DNA from: Flavobacteriaceae bacterium
GTDB taxonomy: Bacteria; Bacteroidota; Bacteroidia; Flavobacteriales; Flavobacteriaceae
Assembly: GCA_041689245.1 (NCBI GenBank)
Contig: JBDNGO010000115.1
Span: forward strand, 2,085 to 66,084
DNA length: 64,000 nucleotides
Reading direction: 5' to 3'
Below are positions 59,355 to 64,000 of this stretch, in pieces (the first letter of the stretch is position 1; each line of letters starts with the position of its first letter). The notes under the pieces were generated by a model that searched no databases, was not told the DNA's origin, and was given only the letters and a program-made list of their open reading frames with translations. The position numbers and the translations under genes were made by a program.

Positions 59355-60126
59355 ATGAAAAAAAAATAATAGTTGCACCACTAAATTGGGGATTAGGTCA
59401 TGCCTCTCGATGTGTGCCAATTATTCATTTTTTATTAGGAAACAATTTCACTCCAATAATAGCATCAGACAGAAAAGCGTTGGTGTTTTTACTTTTTTTA
59501 CAACCATAATATATCAAAAAATTATTAAAAAATTTGATAAATGTTGGGTGCCAGATTTTAAGGATAATTTTTTGTCAGGAAAACTTTCTAAAACAAATAA
59601 TAAAAAAGTAGCTTTAAAATATATTGGAGCTTTAAGTAGGTTTAAAAAAGAAGAATTACCACGAAAAAAGGATGTTTTAATTATTTTATCTGGGATTGAA
59701 TTACAAAGAAAACTTTTGGAAACAAAGCTGTTAGAAGCTTTTGAAAACACCACTCAAAAGGGAGTGTTAGTTCAAGGTAAAATTAAAAAAAATCAAACAA
59801 AAAAAGTTTTTGGGAACACAACTATTTACAATTATTTACTTTCAAAAGAGTTAGAAAAAGAAATCAATCAATCAGAAGTTATTATTTGTAGATCTGGTTA
59901 TTCATCAATTATGGATTTAGCAGTTTTACAAAAGAAAGCGTTTTTTATTCCTACAAAAAATCAAACGGAACAAGAATATTTGGCAAACTATTTAAAAGCA
60001 AGAAAATGTGCACCATTTTGTGTAGAGAAAAACTTTAGTTTAGATACTTTAAAAGAAGTAAATAACTACAAAGGGGTTTCTTATGAAAGAAATAAGTTAG
60101 ACAAAGGGTTACTTAGCCTTTTCTAG
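59355..60126 (+). pseudogene. Decayed GT-B glycosyltransferase (MurG-like, MJ1255/TIGR00661-type), with a start-proximal A9 frameshift and an internal deletion
   Basis: The ATG at 59355 runs into TAA after the A9 tract. The +2 frame encodes the family N-terminus (K)IIVAPLNWGLGHASRCVPIIHFLLGNNFTPIIASDRKAL and then stops at 59505-59507. A third frame (ORF 59386-60126) resumes with the mid-protein motif FTFFTTIIYQKIIKKFDKCWVPDF and a complete C-terminal half. Confidence 0.6.
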
Positions 60127-61146
60127 AGTAAACGAAAATTCAGATCCTTCTTTAAAAGTGCTTTTTAGAAGAATTGTTTCGTTATGGGCCTCGATGATAT
60201 GTTTTACAATAGACAACCCTAAACCAGAACCACCTTGTTCTCTAGATCTACTTTGATCAACTCTATAGAAACGTTCAAATAAACGAGATAAATGTTCTTG
60301 TTTTACCCCTTCTCCATTGTCAGAAACTTTAACTATAAATTTATTTTCGTTATAGCCATCAACACCAACTTTGGTTATGCCACCAATTTTTCCGTATTTA
60401 ATGGAATTTACCACTAAGTTGATAAGCACTTGTTCAATTTTTTCATCATCACCAACTACATAAATAGGAAACTCATAAACTCGGTCAAAAATTAAAGAAA
60501 TATTCTTTTTTTTAGCTCTCATTTCGAATAAATCAAAAACATTCTGAATAAGCTCGAGAATATTAAATGGCTGCAAATGCATTTTTAACCCATTAGTTTC
60601 TAGTTTAGCAATCATGTCTAAATCTTTAACAATTGCCACCAATCTTTCTACACCTTTATTTGCTCTTCCTAAGTATTTTTCTAGAATTTTTTTATCTTTT
60701 GAGGCACCTTCAATTAAGGTTAGTAAATATCCATGTACTGTAAATAATGGGGTTTTTAATTCGTGCGCAACATTTCCTAAAAAATCTTTTCTAAAAGAAT
60801 CTCTTTCGGTTAAGTTTTGAATTTCAACACGTTTTCCTTCGGCAAATTTTTGTACACTTTTAGAAAGAGTTTCCATATCTGTAGTTACAGACCTTCTGCT
60901 TAAATCGCCTCCTTCTATAAGAGAAACATCTTCATATATTTTACGAACTCGTCTATAAATAAAATATTCTACCCTGTATTGAATGATGAAAAAAGAAACA
61001 ATTAATAGCAAAATACCAGCAATAAGTAGAATCCAAAAACCAAATTCTTTATAAAGAAGATAAGACAAAATATCAAGAACAATAACTAAAAGAGCTATGT
61101 ATAATGCAGAAATTAATGCGAATGAGTAAGTTTTTTTTAATTTCAC
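60109..61146 (-). CDS. Sensor histidine kinase (PhoR-like, two N-terminal TM helices)
   Basis: H-box FLGNVAHELKTPL, N-box LINLVVNSIKY, G1 DNGEGV and G2 GGSGLGLSIVKHI. Confidence 0.88.
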   Translation of the reverse strand: MKLKKTYSFALISALYIALLVIVLDILSYLLYKEFGFWILLIAGILLLIVSFFIIQYRVEYFIYRRVRKIYEDVSLIEGGDLSRRSVTTDMETLSKSVQKFAEGKRVEIQNLTERDSFRKDFLGNVAHELKTPLFTVHGYLLTLIEGASKDKKILEKYLGRANKGVERLVAIVKDLDMIAKLETNGLKMHLQPFNILELIQNVFDLFEMRAKKKNISLIFDRVYEFPIYVVGDDEKIEQVLINLVVNSIKYGKIGGITKVGVDGYNENKFIVKVSDNGEGVKQEHLSRLFERFYRVDQSRSREQGGSGLGLSIVKHIIEAHNETILLKSTFKEGSEFSFTLEKAK

Positions 61147-61159
61147 AAATAATAGAATT

Positions 61160-61858
61160 TTATTTATCGCTGTCTTCTAAAACAAATTTATACCCAACAC
61201 CTTTGATTGTTTTAAAGAAATCGTCACCAATTTTTTCTCTTAATTTTCTAATGTGTACATCAATTGTTCTACCACCAACAACAACTTCGTTACCCCAAAC
61301 AGAATCTAAAATAGTTTCACGTTTAAATACTTTTCCTGGTTTAGAGGTTAATAAAGAAAAAAGTTCAAATTCTTTTTTTGGTAATACAATTTTTTTATCG
61401 CCTTTAAAAACAAGATATTCTTCTCGGTTTATTACAATATCACCTATTTTAGTTGATGTATCTTGTTCTTCGTTTTTCTTTAATCTTCTTAATAAAGATT
61501 TTATTTTACTTACCAATACTTTTGGTTTAATTGGTTTGGTAATATAATCATCTGCACCCGCATCAAAACCAGCAACTTGAGAGTAATCTTCTCCTCTAGC
61601 AGTTAAAAATGAAATGATAACGTGTTCTAATTCTTTTACTTTTCTAATTTTTTCACAGGCTTCAATTCCATCCATTTCTGGCATCATTATATCTAATAAA
61701 ATCAAATGAGGAATGATTTTTTTAGCCACTTTTACACCTTCAGCACCATTTGATGCTGTAAAAACCTGATATCCTTCGTTTTTTAAATTGTAACTAACAA
61801 TTTCTAAAATATCTGGCTCATCATCGACTAATAAAATTTTAATATCGTTTTTTTTCAT
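61160..61858 (-). CDS. OmpR/PhoB-family response regulator
   Basis: Receiver domain (ILLVDDEPDI...LLDIMMPEMDG...K) and a winged-helix output domain (RTIDVHIRKLREKIG...IKTIKGVGYKF). Confidence 0.92.
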   Translation of the reverse strand: MKKNDIKILLVDDEPDILEIVSYNLKNEGYQVFTASNGAEGVKVAKKIIPHLILLDIMMPEMDGIEACEKIRKVKELEHVIISFLTARGEDYSQVAGFDAGADDYITKPIKPKVLVSKIKSLLRRLKKNEEQDTSTKIGDIVINREEYLVFKGDKKIVLPKKEFELFSLLTSKPGKVFKRETILDSVWGNEVVVGGRTIDVHIRKLREKIGDDFFKTIKGVGYKFVLEDSDK

Positions 61859-62053
61859 GATTTTAGGCTGTCTTATTTATTCAAAAGTATGGATAAATAT
61901 TGTAAAGTAAAGACTACTTAACAATGATTTAATGCCTTAACGTTGAATTAACCTTCTATTGATACAACATTAATTCAGTCCTAACATTTCCTTTACAAAA
62001 CAACAAGAGATTTGCAGTTAATTATATAAGATAATCTCTTTTAGATAAAAAGA

Positions 62054-64000
62054 ATGAAAAAATTAATTATTGCGTTCGTATTTTTAAGTCAATTAATTGT
62101 AGCACAAAGTAAAGGAACTGTAAATGGGATTGTAACAGACTCAGAGTCTAACAATGAACCTTTGCCTTTTGCAAATGTGTTTATAAAAGGAACTTCTGTA
62201 GGAGGAACAACTGATTTTGATGGAAATTACTTTTTTTCTTTAGATGCAGGAGATCATATTTTAGTTTTTAGTTTTGTTGGATATCAAACAATAGAAAAAA
62301 ACATTGTTATTAAATCTGGAGAAACAGTAACTATCAATCAAAAAATGAGTGCTAAATCTGGAGTAACTTTAGATGAAATTCAGATTAAAGGAACTGTAAA
62401 TAAAGCAAAACTTTCTGCAATTTTATTAGACCAAAAAACGGCGGTTTCTATAAAAACAACCATTGGAGCTCAAGAATTAGATAATAAAGGAATTTCTGAT
62501 TTAGCAACAGCGGTAACAAAAGCATCAGGTATTTCTAAACAAGAGGGTTCTAACAATATTTTTGTAAGAGGTTTAGGAGATAGATATAATTCTACTACGT
62601 TAAACGGATTGCCAATTCCATCTAACAATCCATCAAAAAAAAATATTTCATTAGATATTTTCTCTACAGGGATTGTTCAAAAAATTGATATTAATAAAAT
62701 TTATAACGGCGCTATTTATGGAGATTTTGGAGGAGCAAATGTAAATATTGTTTCTAAAGAGCATGTTGGAAAACCATCAATGGAAATTGGAATTGGATCT
62801 GGAACAAACTCTAATTTGTCAAGTGATTTTTATTTACAAGAAGGACCAAGTTTTTCAGGTTTTTATAAGAATAATTACCCAACAGGTGTTTTAACCGGAT
62901 ATAATTTTACAACAAGCTTAGACAATGTCTCTAAATCACCAATAGCAACAAATATTTCTATAAAAGGAGGTGAAAAACATCAAATTGGAGAAGAAGGAAG
63001 TTTAAATTTGTTTGCAACGGCTTCTTTTTCTAGCAATTATAAATTTAAAGAAGGAGTTAATAGAGGAAGTGTAAATGCGCAAGGTTTAGCGTCTTCAGAT
63101 TACACTTTTAAATCATACGACTACAATACCAATACAACAGGAATGTTAAATGCGGCCTATAAAGTAAATGCAAATAACACCTATAAATTTAGCTCATTAT
63201 TTATCAATTCATCAAACCAAAGTTTAGATGAATATAACGGTATAATAAGTGTTTTTGACAATGCTAGTAATGGAGGAGGATTTGTAAAAAGAGCCACTTT
63301 TGATAAAACAGCACTATTTGTGAATCAGTTTTTAGGAAATCATAAGATAGGCGACAGAGTTTCTATAGATTGGGGCATTTCATATAATCACATTAATAAT
63401 GTAATACCAGACAGAAGACAAAATATGTTGGTTCCGAAAGACAATAATGATCCAACTGGTGTAAAAATAGTTTCTGATTTAGCTGCTTCAGATAATCATC
63501 GTTTTTTTCAAGAATTATTTGAAGATGAAGCTTCAGCAAACCTTTCAAGTTCTTATCTTTTTGCAAAAGATAAAGATGATGAATACAAAGGGAAAATTAC
63601 ATTAGGATACAGTGGGAGATTTAAAAAAGTAGATTTTAAAGCAACTCAATTTAACTTTAGAATTAATAGAAACACAGTTCAACCAGTTGTAAATTTATCA
63701 AATTTAGACGCATATTTTACACAGTCTAATCTAACAGCTAATTTATTTAAAATAGAAACATTTAGAGGTGATGCTTCAACTTCTAACGCATTAGACCCAC
63801 AAACATATTCTGGAAATCAATATATAAACGGGGGTTTTGCTGAAGCACAATATAAATTGAGTCCAAAGTTTACTGCAGTTGTTGGATTAAGGTTTGACCA
63901 TATTTATCAAGATATAAAATGGAAAACATCATTAGATCCAGATGGTGATAAAGACGCTTCTTCGAAGTTTGAATTTTTACCAAACGCTTCTTTTAAATAT
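62054..64000 (+). CDS. TonB-dependent receptor with carboxypeptidase-regulatory-like domain (3' end outside the window)
   Basis: Absent from the ORF track because no stop occurs before the window end. My own translation gives MKKLIIAFVFLSQLIVAQSKGTVNGIVTDSESNNEPLPFANVFIKGTSVGGTTDFDGNYFF... and the plug motif IFVRGLGDRYNSTTLNGLPIPS. Confidence 0.85.
   Translation, partial: MKKLIIAFVFLSQLIVAQSKGTVNGIVTDSESNNEPLPFANVFIKGTSVGGTTDFDGNYFFSLDAGDHILVFSFVGYQTIEKNIVIKSGETVTINQKMSAKSGVTLDEIQIKGTVNKAKLSAILLDQKTAVSIKTTIGAQELDNKGISDLATAVTKASGISKQEGSNNIFVRGLGDRYNSTTLNGLPIPSNNPSKKNISLDIFSTGIVQKIDINKIYNGAIYGDFGGANVNIVSKEHVGKPSMEIGIGSGTNSNLSSDFYLQEGPSFSGFYKNNYPTGVLTGYNFTTSLDNVSKSPIATNISIKGGEKHQIGEEGSLNLFATASFSSNYKFKEGVNRGSVNAQGLASSDYTFKSYDYNTNTTGMLNAAYKVNANNTYKFSSLFINSSNQSLDEYNGIISVFDNASNGGGFVKRATFDKTALFVNQFLGNHKIGDRVSIDWGISYNHINNVIPDRRQNMLVPKDNNDPTGVKIVSDLAASDNHRFFQELFEDEASANLSSSYLFAKDKDDEYKGKITLGYSGRFKKVDFKATQFNFRINRNTVQPVVNLSNLDAYFTQSNLTANLFKIETFRGDASTSNALDPQTYSGNQYINGGFAEAQYKLSPKFTAVVGLRFDHIYQDIKWKTSLDPDGDKDASSKFEFLPNASFKY

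Noticed and set aside
61104-61547. 147-aa + strand ORF spanning the histidine kinase / response regulator junction. The many other 60-140-aa antisense ORFs in the track fall in the same category (e.g. 205-462, 3138-3404, 6872-7355, 30569-30988, 45225-45650).
   Set aside because: All of them lie antisense to, or out of frame within, long well-supported genes. Their sequences are low-complexity or hydrophobic with no recognisable motif.
1-64000. A search by eye for CRISPR arrays, tRNA/rRNA genes, IS elements, integrases, and phage, toxin-antitoxin or known defence genes.
   Set aside because: I saw no regularly spaced direct repeats, no cloverleaf-capable GC-rich intergenic segment, and no transposase, integrase or recombinase-like ORF. 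Intergenic regions are short and AT-rich. A tRNAscan, Infernal or ISfinder run would be needed to make this negative result firm.

Overview
This 64 kb window looks like a low-GC chromosome segment of Bacteroidota, class Flavobacteriia. That assignment is an inference from the AT-rich sequence, TAnnTTTG-type promoter boxes, a T9SS C-terminal sorting domain and many TonB-dependent receptors. Genes are densely packed and mostly housekeeping: rnr (3' part), tatA, gltX, ybeY, mnmG, holB, pgk, trpS, recO, rnpA and purD.

The accessory-looking blocks are:
- a marR / RND efflux operon (28986-35082), whose permease carries an in-frame TGA;
- a small amino-acid / guanidino catabolic neighbourhood (35154-39727);
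- a ~14.5 kb surface-polysaccharide locus (43535-57971) with rfbBAC, gmd-fcl, wzx, two Wzy/ligase-like membrane proteins, five glycosyltransferases and a WbaP-like initiating transferase;
- a decayed glycosyltransferase gene (59355-60126);
- a PhoR/PhoB-type two-component pair next to a TonB-dependent receptor.

Three GTTNCAYGTGNAAC palindromes match the ParB-binding parS consensus, and two of them bracket mnmG.

Reading by eye, I found no rRNA, tRNA, CRISPR array, transposase, integrase or recognisable phage or defence genes. I also see no convincing new multi-gene system. The best unexplained items are:
- a 554-aa protein with a nucleoside-phosphorylase-like C-terminal domain and an unrecognisable N-terminal two-thirds (41843-43507);
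- a 1092-aa membrane-anchored coiled-coil protein whose stop overlaps the ybeY start;
- an orphan terminator in the marR upstream region.

All functional calls rest on motif recognition from the supplied translations. No database search was run.
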